A stretch of DNA of 64,000 bases from Spirochaetia bacterium (GTDB lineage: Bacteria; Spirochaetota; Spirochaetia; SZUA-6; Bin103), in assembly GCA_965208575.1 (NCBI GenBank), contig CBDBOV010000006.1, forward strand, positions 384,001-448,000. Reading direction: 5' to 3'. Under the pieces are notes generated by a model that did not search any database, was not told the origin of the DNA, and was given only the letters and a program-made list of their open reading frames with translations. The position numbers were made by a program, and so were the translations under genes. Below are positions 32,384 through 41,611 of this stretch, in pieces (position 1 is the first letter of the stretch; every line of letters begins with the position of its first letter).

Positions 32384-33544
32384 ATGTATCCCAGAATCCT
32401 GGACATCCCTCACGAGAGCCGCCAGAGCTTCTTCCTGTTCGGGCCCCGCGGCACCGGCAAGACCACGTGGTTGAAGCAGCGGTTCCCCGATGCGGTCTAC
32501 CTCGATCTGCTCGATCACGCGCTCTACCTGGAGTTGTTGGCACAGCCCCAGCGACTGCGCAATCTGATCCCCCCCGGTCATGACGGGTGGGTGGTGCTCG
32601 ATGAGGTGCAACGGACGCCTCTCGTACTCAACGAAGTACACCGGCTGATCGAGGAGACGGCAAGCCGTTTCATCCTCACCGGATCGAGCGCGCGCAGTCT
32701 GCGCCGGCGCGGCGTCAATCTGCTCGGCGGACGCGCGCACACCCATCGGCTCTACCCGCTGACGGCGCTCGAAGCCGGCGCCGACTTCTCGCTGCCGCGG
32801 GCGCTGATCCACGGCCAACTGCCCTCGGCGTATACCCAAGCGGATCCGGAACGCTACCTCGCGTCCTATGTCGAGAACTATCTGCGCCAGGAGGTAATCG
32901 AGGAGGGGCGCACCCGCAACCTGGCGGCATTCAGCCGCTTCCTGGAGAGTGCCAGCTTCTCGCAGGCAGCGCCCCTCAACGTGGCCGAGGTGGCGCGCGA
33001 CGTCGGGGTGGACCGCAAGACGGCGGCCGCCTACTTCGACCTGCTCGAAGATCTGCTGATAGCGAGCCGGATTCCGGTATTTGCCCGGCGAGCCAGGCGG
33101 CGCATGACCGTGCACCCCAAGTTCTACCTGTTCGACGCCGGCGTGTACCGTGCGATCCGTCCCTCCGGTCCGGTCGACCGCCCCGAGGAGATCGATGGCG
33201 CCGCGTTGGAGACGCTGGTCTTCCACGAGTTGCGCGCCGCTATCGCCTACCGCTCGCTCAAGCTGGAGTTGTTCTTCTGGCGTACCGCCGCCGGGGCGGA
33301 GGTGGACTTCGTCGCCTACGGCGGCGACGGGCTGTACGCCATCGAGGTCAAGCGCAGCCGCACCGTCCGCCCCGCCGACCTGCGCGGCCTGCGGCAGTTC
33401 AAGAATGACTACCCGATGGCGCGCTGCCTGCTGCTGTTCGGGGGCGACCGCCGCGAATACCGCGATAGCATCGAGCTGCTGCCGGTGGAAGACGCGCTGG
33501 CCGACCCCGCATCAATGCTCGCCCCGCCCCACGAATCGACGTGA
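32384..33544 (+). CDS. AAA+ ATPase (AAA_14 + DUF4143 type)
   Basis: Walker A GPRGTGKT, Walker B LDEVQ, TGSS, KFYLFDAG and C-terminal EVDFV...AIEVK. Confidence 0.9.
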   Translation: MYPRILDIPHESRQSFFLFGPRGTGKTTWLKQRFPDAVYLDLLDHALYLELLAQPQRLRNLIPPGHDGWVVLDEVQRTPLVLNEVHRLIEETASRFILTGSSARSLRRRGVNLLGGRAHTHRLYPLTALEAGADFSLPRALIHGQLPSAYTQADPERYLASYVENYLRQEVIEEGRTRNLAAFSRFLESASFSQAAPLNVAEVARDVGVDRKTAAAYFDLLEDLLIASRIPVFARRARRRMTVHPKFYLFDAGVYRAIRPSGPVDRPEEIDGAALETLVFHELRAAIAYRSLKLELFFWRTAAGAEVDFVAYGGDGLYAIEVKRSRTVRPADLRGLRQFKNDYPMARCLLLFGGDRREYRDSIELLPVEDALADPASMLAPPHEST

Positions 33545-33643
33545 TGCGTAGCGGATCGATCGATCTATCTATCCGGGGACGCGACTCGTCGCGCACCGCT
33601 GGCGTGTAGCGGTCAGTACACCTTCTCCTCCCCCAGCCAGCCG

Positions 33644-33910
33644 TCAAGCGCCATCGCCGCCGGCGTCGCCGCCGGATGACCGTTCGGCCTCGCGCCGCTC
33701 TTCCTCTTCTTCGCGCTTGGCTTCGATCTTGTCCTTGATGTCGGCGATGCCGACGAAGAACGACACCAGCCCGATCAGCACCGCCACGATCGGAATGCCG
33801 CCCTTGAGGAACTCCAGCATCTCATCCCACCATCCCGGTGACCAGGACACCGGCAACAGGGAGTAGACCGCGAACACGACGAGAATCAGCCCGATCAACA
33901 GTGCTACCAC
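33644..33910 (-). CDS. Small membrane protein with a charged tail
   Basis: Two hydrophobic helices, KDKIEAKREEEE tail, GGAGG RBS. Confidence 0.8.
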   Translation of the reverse strand: MVALLIGLILVVFAVYSLLPVSWSPGWWDEMLEFLKGGIPIVAVLIGLVSFFVGIADIKDKIEAKREEEEERREAERSSGGDAGGDGA

Positions 33911-34111
33911 GATTGTTCCTCCGACCGCCCTCCCCGACCCGGGAGTGACTGCGCCGCAACACCATACCCGCCCCGCCAGAGATCATCAACGTGCGCTGAG
34001 CTTGTGCGGCGGCTGGAGCGCGGTTGACGCGGATCGGTGCGCGGCAGCACATTGATCGTAATAGCTTGGCAATAGCGCCCCCGACCGCGGCCGGCGGCGA
34101 GAGGAGTCTGC

Positions 34112-34816
34112 ATGTCGAATCGAGATATCAGCCTGAACCCGATCCTGGCGATCCGCGAAAACCGGATCCTGCGCAACGTGTACCTCTGGATGACCGGCGG
34201 CCTGGCGTTCACTGCGGTGATCGCGCTCGGCGTTGCCGGCAATCCGGCGCTGGTGGGCGGCCTGATGCGCAACCCGATCCTGTTCTACGGCCTGGTGGTG
34301 GGCGAGCTGCTGCTGGTGATGTTCATCGCCGCCCGCATCACGCGCCTGTCTCCGACGGCGGCCACCGGCAGCTTCGTGCTGTACGCGGGACTGAACGGCG
34401 TGACCCTCTCGGTGCTGTTCCTGCTGTTCACGCAGCAGAGCATTGCCACGGCGTTCCTGGTGGCCGCCGGCACTTTTGCCGGCGCCAGCGTGTGGGGGTT
34501 CGCCACCAGGCGCGACCTGACCACGGTGGGCCACTACGCCGGCATGGCGGTGTGGGGCATCCTGCTGGCGCTGATCGTGAACATCTTCCTGCGCAGTCCG
34601 GCGCTGGACTACCTGGTGTCGCTCATCGGCGTGGGCGTGTTCGTGGCCCTCACCGCCTACGACACGCAGACCATCAAGCGCTGGAACGAGGATGCCGGTG
34701 CCGATATGGGCGAAGACGATTTCGTCCGACTGTCAATCCTCGGCGCCTTGAAGCTGTACATCGACTTCATCAACATCTTCCTGTTCCTGGTGCGGCTGTT
34801 GGGCTCACGCGAATAG
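34112..34816 (+). CDS. Bax inhibitor-1/YccA family membrane protein
   Basis: About seven TM helices, with VYLWMTGGL, LTAYDTQ and ALKLYIDFINIFL. Confidence 0.93.
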   Translation: MSNRDISLNPILAIRENRILRNVYLWMTGGLAFTAVIALGVAGNPALVGGLMRNPILFYGLVVGELLLVMFIAARITRLSPTAATGSFVLYAGLNGVTLSVLFLLFTQQSIATAFLVAAGTFAGASVWGFATRRDLTTVGHYAGMAVWGILLALIVNIFLRSPALDYLVSLIGVGVFVALTAYDTQTIKRWNEDAGADMGEDDFVRLSILGALKLYIDFINIFLFLVRLLGSRE

Positions 34817-34888
34817 TGCTCGCTGGTGCGGCTGCTGGGCTCACGCGAATAGTGCTCGCTGGTGCGGCTGCCCGGCTCACGCGAGTAG
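34787..34888 (+). repeat. 36-bp tandem triplication of the yccA 3' end including its stop codon
   Basis: ctggtgcggctgttgggctcacgcgaatagtgctcg (34787-34822), ctggtgcggctgctgggctcacgcgaatagtgctcg (34823-34858), ctggtgcggctgcccggctcacgcgagtag (34859-34888). Confidence 0.95.
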
Positions 34889-34910
34889 TCGTCACGGACG
34901 CCGGCGCCGG

Positions 34911-35747
34911 TCAGGCGCCGGGGTGAGCCGCGAACAGGCGCCGTAACAGCCGCCACTCGCCCGGGCTGGCACTGGCCGGCAGAATGTTCGGCGCCGGATG
35001 ATGGGGATTCAACAGCACGCCGGCGTGAAGGAACGCCGCGAACACGCCGGCGTGCTGGCAACGCGGGTAGTTTGGCAGCACGTAGATGCCGGTGCGCCGC
35101 CACGCACCCAGGTCTACCGGCCAGTGCGCCGCCGCCGCCAGGCGCTGCGGCGCAGCGCGCGCCAGGTGTCGCAGTGCCGCCGCGGCGCCGCTCAGCAACA
35201 GCGGGGAGACGCTCCCGGCCTCGTGCTGCCCGGCGCCGGCGGCGACCGGCTCGCGCGTGCTGACGGTGACCGGCCCCGCTCCGATCCGGAACGGCAGCCG
35301 GTGCAGCAGCGCCGCCGGACCCTGCTCCAGCCACGCGCCGCCGAGCGGCTGCTGCTCGCACAGCGGCCGCCACCACGCCACCGGGGCCTCCCGCCAGCCG
35401 GGGTCACGCAACGGATCGGCCGCCTCGGCCAGGGTCGCCGGCAGCCGGTCGATCCGCCCGCACAGCAGGCGCCAGGCGGCGTCGACGCTGGCGGCGATGC
35501 CGAACCACCGATGCCCCGGCAGCAGGCCGCGCAGTGTGCGAACCAGGCGCGCGCCATGCACGCTCGGCAGGTTGCCGGCCAAGCCGCGCTCCAGCAGGTT
35601 CTTCAGTTCGCGCCCCAGCCGCGCCGGACGGTGGCCGAGCAGGGCGGCGCCGCCGTCCAGGTAGAGATCCAGGATGCGCCGGCCGTCGGCGGTGTAGAGG
35701 TGGAAGTCGCGCGCGCGGCGCACCGCCGGCAGCGCCACGTCACTCAC
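34911..35747 (-). CDS. Truncated class-III aminotransferase-like protein
   Basis: N-terminus VRRARDFHLYTADGRRILDLYLDGGAALLGH resembles the class III aminotransferase N-domain. No DEV or PLP-Lys motif seen. Confidence 0.65.
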   Translation of the reverse strand: MSDVALPAVRRARDFHLYTADGRRILDLYLDGGAALLGHRPARLGRELKNLLERGLAGNLPSVHGARLVRTLRGLLPGHRWFGIAASVDAAWRLLCGRIDRLPATLAEAADPLRDPGWREAPVAWWRPLCEQQPLGGAWLEQGPAALLHRLPFRIGAGPVTVSTREPVAAGAGQHEAGSVSPLLLSGAAAALRHLARAAPQRLAAAAHWPVDLGAWRRTGIYVLPNYPRCQHAGVFAAFLHAGVLLNPHHPAPNILPASASPGEWRLLRRLFAAHPGA

Positions 35748-35757
35748 GGTGCGCCCC

Positions 35758-37899
35758 TCACTCGTCGCCGGCGATCGGGTCGAGGTCGACGTAGGCAGCG
35801 ATGAAGGTGGCGTTGCGTCCCGACTGGAAGCGCACGCGCAGCATGGTCTCACCTTCGTTCATCCAGCGCCGTTCCACCACGCCGATGCCGTAGTCGACGT
35901 GGGAGACGCCCTGTCCCTCGCGCAGCGCGCCCGGCTCCTCGGCGCCGTCGTCGCCGGCAACCCGGATCAGCTCCGGCGGGATCTCGGTGAGGAAGCGGCT
36001 CGGCTCGCGCTCGCGGGCGTACCCGAACGCCATGCGCCGCCGGCAAGCGGTGAGATGCAGGGCGAAGCGTGCCCGCGTCACGGCGACGTAGAACAGGCGG
36101 CGCTCCTCTTCCTCTTCCTCGCGCGGACCCGCCAGGCGCGGCGCGGCCGGCTCGCCGGCGGGAAAGATGCCCTCCTCCAGCCCGGTCACGATCACCTGGT
36201 CGAATTCCAGGCCCTTGGTGTTGTGCGCGGTGATCAGCGTCACCGGCGGGGCCGCGCCGGACGCCTCCGGCTCCTGCTCGTCCTGCTCCTCCCCGACGCC
36301 GGCCAGGCGGGCGGTTTCCAGGAACTCGGCCAGCCCGGCGGGGCCGCTGCCGTAGTTGGCGCTGGCGTTGACCAGCTCGTCCAGGTTGAAGGCGCGCGCG
36401 GTGCGCTCCGCCTGGTCCTGCGCCACCACGCGCTCGTACAGGCCGGAGCGCTCCAGCACCGCCCGCACCAGGTCGGCCACGGTGCCGCTCTCCTGCACCT
36501 GGCGCAGCTCGGTCAGCAACCCGGCGAACCCGGCCAGCGCCGCGCGCGATGACCCGCGCCGCGCCGCGGCCAGCGCGGCCGCGGCGGCAATCAGGTCGCC
36601 GCCCGCGGCCCGGGCCTGCTCTGCCACGCGGGCCGCGGTCTTCGGCCCGATACCGCGCCGCGGCTTGCCCGCCGCGCGCCGGAAGGCAACCTCGTCGCGC
36701 GGATTGTACAGCAGTGCCAGGTAGGCCAGGGTGTCCTTGATCTCCTCGCGCTCGTAGAAACGCACCGTGCCCACCACGCGGTACGGGATGCGCTGTGCCT
36801 GGAACAGCGTCTCGAAGGTGCGTGACTGGAAGTTCATGCGATACAGAATGGCGCTCGACCCGCGCCCCCGGCGCACCAGCTCGGCGCAGTAGCGCGCCTC
36901 CTCCTCGGCGTCGAAGAGGTGCGCTACGGTAGGCAGCTCGCCCTGATCCTGGTCGGTCCACAACGTCTTGCCCATGCGGCGCCGATTGTGGCTCACCACC
37001 GCGGAGGCGAGATCGAGGATCGCGCCCGTAGAGCGGTAGTTCTGCTCCAGGCGCACCACCTCGGTGCCGGCGAACCGCTCGGGGAAGGTGAGAAAGCCGT
37101 CCACGTCGGCGCCGCGGAAGCGGTAGATCGACTGGTCGTCGTCGCCCACCACGCACAGGTAGCCGCGCGGCCGGTGCAGGACGCGCAACAGTTCGAACTG
37201 GGCCTGGTTGGCGTCCTGGAATTCGTCGACCAGGATCACGCGGAACCGTTCCTGCACCGTCTTGCGCACCTCGGCATCGCGGCGCAGCAGGGCCGCCGGC
37301 AGCAGGATGAGGTCGCCGAAGTCGACGCCGTTGAGGTCGGCGAGGCGACGCTGGTAGCGGGCGTACAGGCGCGCCATCGGGAACGGCGAGCGGCGCATCG
37401 CCGACAGGTCGCCATCCGGCGCGATGCCGCGGTTCTTGGCCGTCGCGATCCACGCCGCCATCTCGCGGATGTCCCCGGCGAGGTACTCGTCGGCGTCGTC
37501 GGCCGCCACCTGCGACAGGATCTGGCGCACGTCGGCGTCATCGAAGATCGACAGCCGGGCGGGATCGAAACCGAGGCGTTCGCCGTGCACGCGCAGCAGC
37601 CACGACCCGAACGCGTGGAAGGTGCGCACCATGACCCGGTTGCCCGCGTCGCCGCGCCCGTGCTCGGCGACCAGCCGCCGCACCCGCGTACGCATCTCGT
37701 CCGCCGCCTTGTTGGTAAAGGTGACCGCCAGGATGTGGGTGGCCGACACCGCGCCGGTGGTGACCAGGTGCGCCACCTTGGTGGTGATGACGCGTGTCTT
37801 TCCCGAACCGGCCCCGGCCAGGATCAGCAACGGCGCGCCGCGGTGCAGCACCGCCTCGCGCTGGCGCTCGTTCAATGCCGCCAGGCCGCGATCCGACAC
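35758..37899 (-). CDS. uvrD: UvrD/PcrA-family DNA helicase
   Basis: Motifs AGAGSGKT, TFTNKAA, VDEFQD, VGDDDQSIY, QNYRS and EERRLFYVAVTRA. Confidence 0.95.
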   Translation of the reverse strand: MSDRGLAALNERQREAVLHRGAPLLILAGAGSGKTRVITTKVAHLVTTGAVSATHILAVTFTNKAADEMRTRVRRLVAEHGRGDAGNRVMVRTFHAFGSWLLRVHGERLGFDPARLSIFDDADVRQILSQVAADDADEYLAGDIREMAAWIATAKNRGIAPDGDLSAMRRSPFPMARLYARYQRRLADLNGVDFGDLILLPAALLRRDAEVRKTVQERFRVILVDEFQDANQAQFELLRVLHRPRGYLCVVGDDDQSIYRFRGADVDGFLTFPERFAGTEVVRLEQNYRSTGAILDLASAVVSHNRRRMGKTLWTDQDQGELPTVAHLFDAEEEARYCAELVRRGRGSSAILYRMNFQSRTFETLFQAQRIPYRVVGTVRFYEREEIKDTLAYLALLYNPRDEVAFRRAAGKPRRGIGPKTAARVAEQARAAGGDLIAAAAALAAARRGSSRAALAGFAGLLTELRQVQESGTVADLVRAVLERSGLYERVVAQDQAERTARAFNLDELVNASANYGSGPAGLAEFLETARLAGVGEEQDEQEPEASGAAPPVTLITAHNTKGLEFDQVIVTGLEEGIFPAGEPAAPRLAGPREEEEEERRLFYVAVTRARFALHLTACRRRMAFGYAREREPSRFLTEIPPELIRVAGDDGAEEPGALREGQGVSHVDYGIGVVERRWMNEGETMLRVRFQSGRNATFIAAYVDLDPIAGDE

Positions 37900-37904
37900 G
37901 ACTG

Positions 37905-38660
37905 CTAGTCCTCCGAATCGAACAGAAAATCGCGGTACACGTTGGCCGAAGCCGGCGACACGTACACGAAACGCTGCGCGGGTATTTCCTGGTTGGTGCG
38001 CACGCCGAGAAAGTCGAACCGATGCTCTTCGAGGCCGACGGTGATGCCGGAGATGCGGCGGATCAGATTGCCGGCGGAAATCGCTATTTCGAGCTGTCGG
38101 AATCCCTCGACCGCGGACCTGCTGGTCAGGTTCAGCTTCACCACCAGCTCGCTCGATCCCTGGTCCAGCGGCACCGGGTCGGGACCCTCGAGGTAGGCGA
38201 TGGCATAATTGTTCTGCAAGTAGTCCAGTCCCTGGCGGCTGGCCAGTCCGACCGCTGCGTCGTCGCCGCGGTCACTCAGCTTCTGCTCGAAGATCACGTC
38301 CAGCGCCGGGTAGTAGATGGTGAGCACGGAGCCGTCGCTGACGATCACCTGCCCGGCCGGATCGCTGAAGTCGATGCGCAACAGGTTGGGACGCTTGTAG
38401 GAGAGCCGGCCCGTCATGGTCCCGGTGCGCTGGGTTATGCGGATGTCCGCCTCGTAGTCGTCGATGCCGCGGTAGGTGGCGGCAACCTGGGAAAAGAAAC
38501 TCTCGGCGGTGATTACCGGTTGGGCGCCGGCCGATCCCGCGGCCAGCATCCCGGCCAGCAGCGCAGGCCAGACCCGGCCGCCGGGGACCGGCCGGTGTCG
38601 GCATGCGGACCGGCGACGGCTACCGCCCCGGAAGCGCGGATGCGCGGCTAACACCCCCAC
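37905..38660 (-). CDS. lolA: Outer-membrane lipoprotein carrier LolA family protein
   Basis: GRLSYKRPNLLRIDFSDPAGQVIVSDG and C-terminal F.Y..P. The true start is probably downstream of 38660. Confidence 0.8.
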   Translation of the reverse strand: MGVLAAHPRFRGGSRRRSACRHRPVPGGRVWPALLAGMLAAGSAGAQPVITAESFFSQVAATYRGIDDYEADIRITQRTGTMTGRLSYKRPNLLRIDFSDPAGQVIVSDGSVLTIYYPALDVIFEQKLSDRGDDAAVGLASRQGLDYLQNNYAIAYLEGPDPVPLDQGSSELVVKLNLTSRSAVEGFRQLEIAISAGNLIRRISGITVGLEEHRFDFLGVRTNQEIPAQRFVYVSPASANVYRDFLFDSED

Positions 38661-39419
38661 CTAGTCATCGTCCACCCGGCTCAACTCCTGGATGCGATCG
38701 CGAAGTTGTGCGGCGCGCTCGTAATCCTCGTTGTTGACCGCGTCGCGCAACTCGCGGCGCAACCGGTCGACCGGCGCGTGTACCTTGTTCGCCTTGATCT
38801 CGCGCAGGGCGGCGCGCAGGTACTGCAGCGAGCGCACCCGCTCGAAATGGAACGTGGGCGTGTCGACTTCCCTGAGGCCCTGCACCTGCTCGATGGCGCG
38901 CTCGATGACCGCGCACGCCTGTGGCTGTTGCTCCTCTCCGAGCAACACCATGGCGCGCGCGGTGGCGTTCATGCGCAGGATATAGGGACGATACTGGAGG
39001 ATGTCGTTCTTGTCGTCCTTGTGGGCGAACCGCTCGACCATTTCGCAGATCTTCAGATTGTGGTTGGTGTCCATGGCGGTACGCTCGTAATCGCCGATCT
39101 GAAACAGGATGTAATAGCGGTAGTAGTAGAGCACGCCCTCGTTGTGCAGCAGGGAGAAGTCGTCGCGTCCGATCCGGAAACCCGAGTCGTCGCCGTGGCG
39201 CTCGCGAAACGCGGAAGCGCGGTCGCGCATCTCCTGCAGCACGCTCTCCTTGCCGAACGGATTGCCGCCGTCGGGCCGGCCTTCCAACTCGTACTGCTCG
39301 ATGCCGAGCGGCTGGCGCACCTGCAACACTTCGCGCCCGTCGCGCGCCGCCACCACCCGGTACTGGTCGTCGGGGTCGAACTCCCACTCGTGGAGGATGT
39401 CTGTGATATCGATACTCAT
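38661..39419 (-). CDS. Uncharacterised protein with a C-terminal UVR (UvrB/UvrC) motif
   Basis: LRDAVNNEDYERAAQLRDRI, with N-terminal DGREVLQVR...GRPDG. Confidence 0.85.
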   Translation of the reverse strand: MSIDITDILHEWEFDPDDQYRVVAARDGREVLQVRQPLGIEQYELEGRPDGGNPFGKESVLQEMRDRASAFRERHGDDSGFRIGRDDFSLLHNEGVLYYYRYYILFQIGDYERTAMDTNHNLKICEMVERFAHKDDKNDILQYRPYILRMNATARAMVLLGEEQQPQACAVIERAIEQVQGLREVDTPTFHFERVRSLQYLRAALREIKANKVHAPVDRLRRELRDAVNNEDYERAAQLRDRIQELSRVDDD

Positions 39420-39530
39420 CTGCTCACCAGGCCGGTGGGCTGGGTCCAAATATAGCTGCTTGGCGGGCGCCGAACAAGGTTGCGCGGCAGCACGCGGGCG
39501 GCCCGGCGGGGCGATGCGGGCGGCGCGGCA

Positions 39531-40502
39531 TCACGGGTTGGGGCGGCGCAGGACGGCCGACGGATTCACCGCGGCGCCCACCTCGCCGGTAGTCAGGAAG
39601 CGCCCGATCTGGTTGGCGATCATGATCGCAACGTTGAGTTGCGCCTCCCAGGACAGGGCGCCGATATGCGGCGTGGCCACTACCCGCGGGTGGCGCGCGA
39701 TCGCCAGGCCGGACGGCGGTTCGGCGGTGAACACGTCGAGCGCCGCACCGGCGACCTGGCCGCTGTCGAGCGCGGCGAGCAGTGCCAGCTCGTCGATTAC
39801 GCCGCCGCGCGAACAGTTGAGCAGGTAGACGCCGCGCTTCATGCGCGCTATTTCGGGGGCGCCGATCAGCCCGCGCGAGGTGGATGTCAACGGCGTATGC
39901 ACGGTGATGAAGTCGGAGTGCGCGAGCACGGCGTCGAGGGCAACCAGCGACACGCGGTGCTCGACCGCCAGGTCGGGGGCGACGTAGGGGTCGTGGGCGA
40001 CGACGTGCATGCCGAGGGCGGCGGCGGAGCGCGCCACCAGCCGGCCGACGTTGCCGATGCCGACGATGCCGAGGGTCTTGCCGAGCAACTGGGTGCCGCG
40101 GAACCGGGTGCGCTCCCAGTGGCCTGCCTTGACCGATGCGTCGGCCGCGGCGATGTGGCGCGCCACGGCGAACAGCAGCCCCACGGTCAACTCGGCCGCG
40201 GCCTGGGCGTTCGCGCCCGGCGTGTTCATTACCAGCACGCCCCGCTCGGTGGCCGCCGCCACGTCGATGTTGTCCACGCCGGCGCCGGCGCGGCCGATCA
40301 CGCGCAGCTCGGTGCCGGCGTCGATCAGGGCGCGATTCACCTGGGTTTGCGAACGCACCAGCAGGCCGGCGCAGGAGGCGACGGCGCGGCGCAACTCGTC
40401 GGCGGCGAGGCCATGGCGTTGCACGACTTCGATGGCCGGGTAGCTGCGCAACTCCTGCACGCCCTGAGCGGCGATCGGCTCGGTCATCAGCACGCGTTGC
40501 AT
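39531..40502 (-). CDS. serA: D-3-phosphoglycerate dehydrogenase-like 2-hydroxyacid dehydrogenase (no ACT domain)
   Basis: Motifs GRAGAGVDNID, GIGNVG, NCSRGG, DVFTAEP and TPHIGA. Confidence 0.8.
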   Translation of the reverse strand: MQRVLMTEPIAAQGVQELRSYPAIEVVQRHGLAADELRRAVASCAGLLVRSQTQVNRALIDAGTELRVIGRAGAGVDNIDVAAATERGVLVMNTPGANAQAAAELTVGLLFAVARHIAAADASVKAGHWERTRFRGTQLLGKTLGIVGIGNVGRLVARSAAALGMHVVAHDPYVAPDLAVEHRVSLVALDAVLAHSDFITVHTPLTSTSRGLIGAPEIARMKRGVYLLNCSRGGVIDELALLAALDSGQVAGAALDVFTAEPPSGLAIARHPRVVATPHIGALSWEAQLNVAIMIANQIGRFLTTGEVGAAVNPSAVLRRPNP

Positions 40503-40675
40503 GCCCCATGCAAGTATCGCGATTGGCGCGAATAATCAAGCGTCGGTCGGCTGCTGGCGGCTGCGCCACGCGGTTGTCGGGCGGCCGGGCGGCGGATATG
40601 GTGAGCCCGTGACTTATTGTCCGGACAGCACGGTCCGCCGGGGGAAACCTGTGCGTTGGTGTGGTAGTTCCCGGT

Positions 40676-41386
40676 ATGGTGATTGAGACAGTGCTTGCTG
40701 ACGTGTGGATCGTTTCTCTCGGCGGGTCGCTGGTCGCACCCGGCGAGGTCGACACGCGATTCGTAAAGCGCTTCTGCGCCTTGGTGACGGAGCAGGTGGC
40801 CGCGCACCCGGAACGGAAGTTCGTGGTGGTATGCGGCGGCGGCGATCCGGCGCGGCGCTACCAGGCGGCGTATCGCGCGGTAGCGGCGCGGCCCACCGAG
40901 GCGGCCGAGGACTGGGTCGGCATCGCCGCTACCCGGCTCAACGCCGAGTTGATCAAGCAGTTGCTCGGCGAGCTGGCGCCCGCGGAGGTGGTGACAAATC
41001 CCACCACGGTCACCGGCATGGCGGCGCCGGTGCTGGTCGCCGCCGGCTGGAAGCCCGGCTTTTCGCACGACTACGACGCGGCGGTCATCGCCGAGCGCCT
41101 GTCGGCCGCGCACATCGTCAAGCTGTCGAGCGTAGGGCGGATCTACAGCGCCGACCCGCGCACCGACCGGGACGCGCACGCGTACGAGCGCATGTCGTGG
41201 GCGGCGCTGCGGCGCCTGGCCGGCGACCGCTGGAGTCCCGGCCACCATGCCCCGTTCGATCCGATCGCCACCGCACACTGTGCCGCGCTCGGCATCACCC
41301 TCGTGGTGGCCGGCGGCGACCTCGCCAACCTGCGGCGCGTGATCGACGGCGAGCCGTTCGCCGGCACCACGGTTGGTCCCGATTAG
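40676..41386 (+). CDS. pyrH: UMP kinase, archaeal-like type
   Basis: Motifs SLGGS, VVCGGG, GWKPGFSHDYDA and PGHHAPFDPIA. Confidence 0.88.
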   Translation: MVIETVLADVWIVSLGGSLVAPGEVDTRFVKRFCALVTEQVAAHPERKFVVVCGGGDPARRYQAAYRAVAARPTEAAEDWVGIAATRLNAELIKQLLGELAPAEVVTNPTTVTGMAAPVLVAAGWKPGFSHDYDAAVIAERLSAAHIVKLSSVGRIYSADPRTDRDAHAYERMSWAALRRLAGDRWSPGHHAPFDPIATAHCAALGITLVVAGGDLANLRRVIDGEPFAGTTVGPD

Positions 41387-41433
41387 CCGGTTCCGGCGTC
41401 CGCTGCGCGGCGAGCGCCGCATGCCGCGCAGAA

Positions 41434-41463
41434 TTGACAGGCGCCGCCGAAAGGCCATAGGTT
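41434..41463 (+). promoter_or_regulatory. Sigma70-type promoter of tRNA-Leu
   Basis: TTGACA-N18-TAGGTT. Confidence 0.6.
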
Positions 41464-41481
41464 TGCGCCCACTGCTCGCAC

Positions 41482-41565
41482 GCCGGCGTGATGAAATTGG
41501 TAGACATGCCAGACTCAAAATCTGGTGGTGGCAACACCGTCTCGGTTCGAGTCCGAGCGCCGGCA
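41482..41565 (+). tRNA. tRNA-Leu(CAA), CCA not encoded
   Basis: Acceptor stem GCCGGCG/CGCCGGC, anticodon arm CCAGA-CTCAAAA-TCTGG, long variable arm, T arm CTCGG-TTCGAGT-CCGAG. Confidence 0.97.
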
Positions 41566-41611
41566 TCGCAGTCCCGTGCCAGCTCCGCTGCATGCTCCGT
41601 GCGCTACGGTG

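Noticed and set aside
34787-34888. CRISPR array (36-bp repeats)
   Set aside because: The repeats are directly adjacent with no unique spacers, the first is the coding end of yccA, and no cas genes are present.
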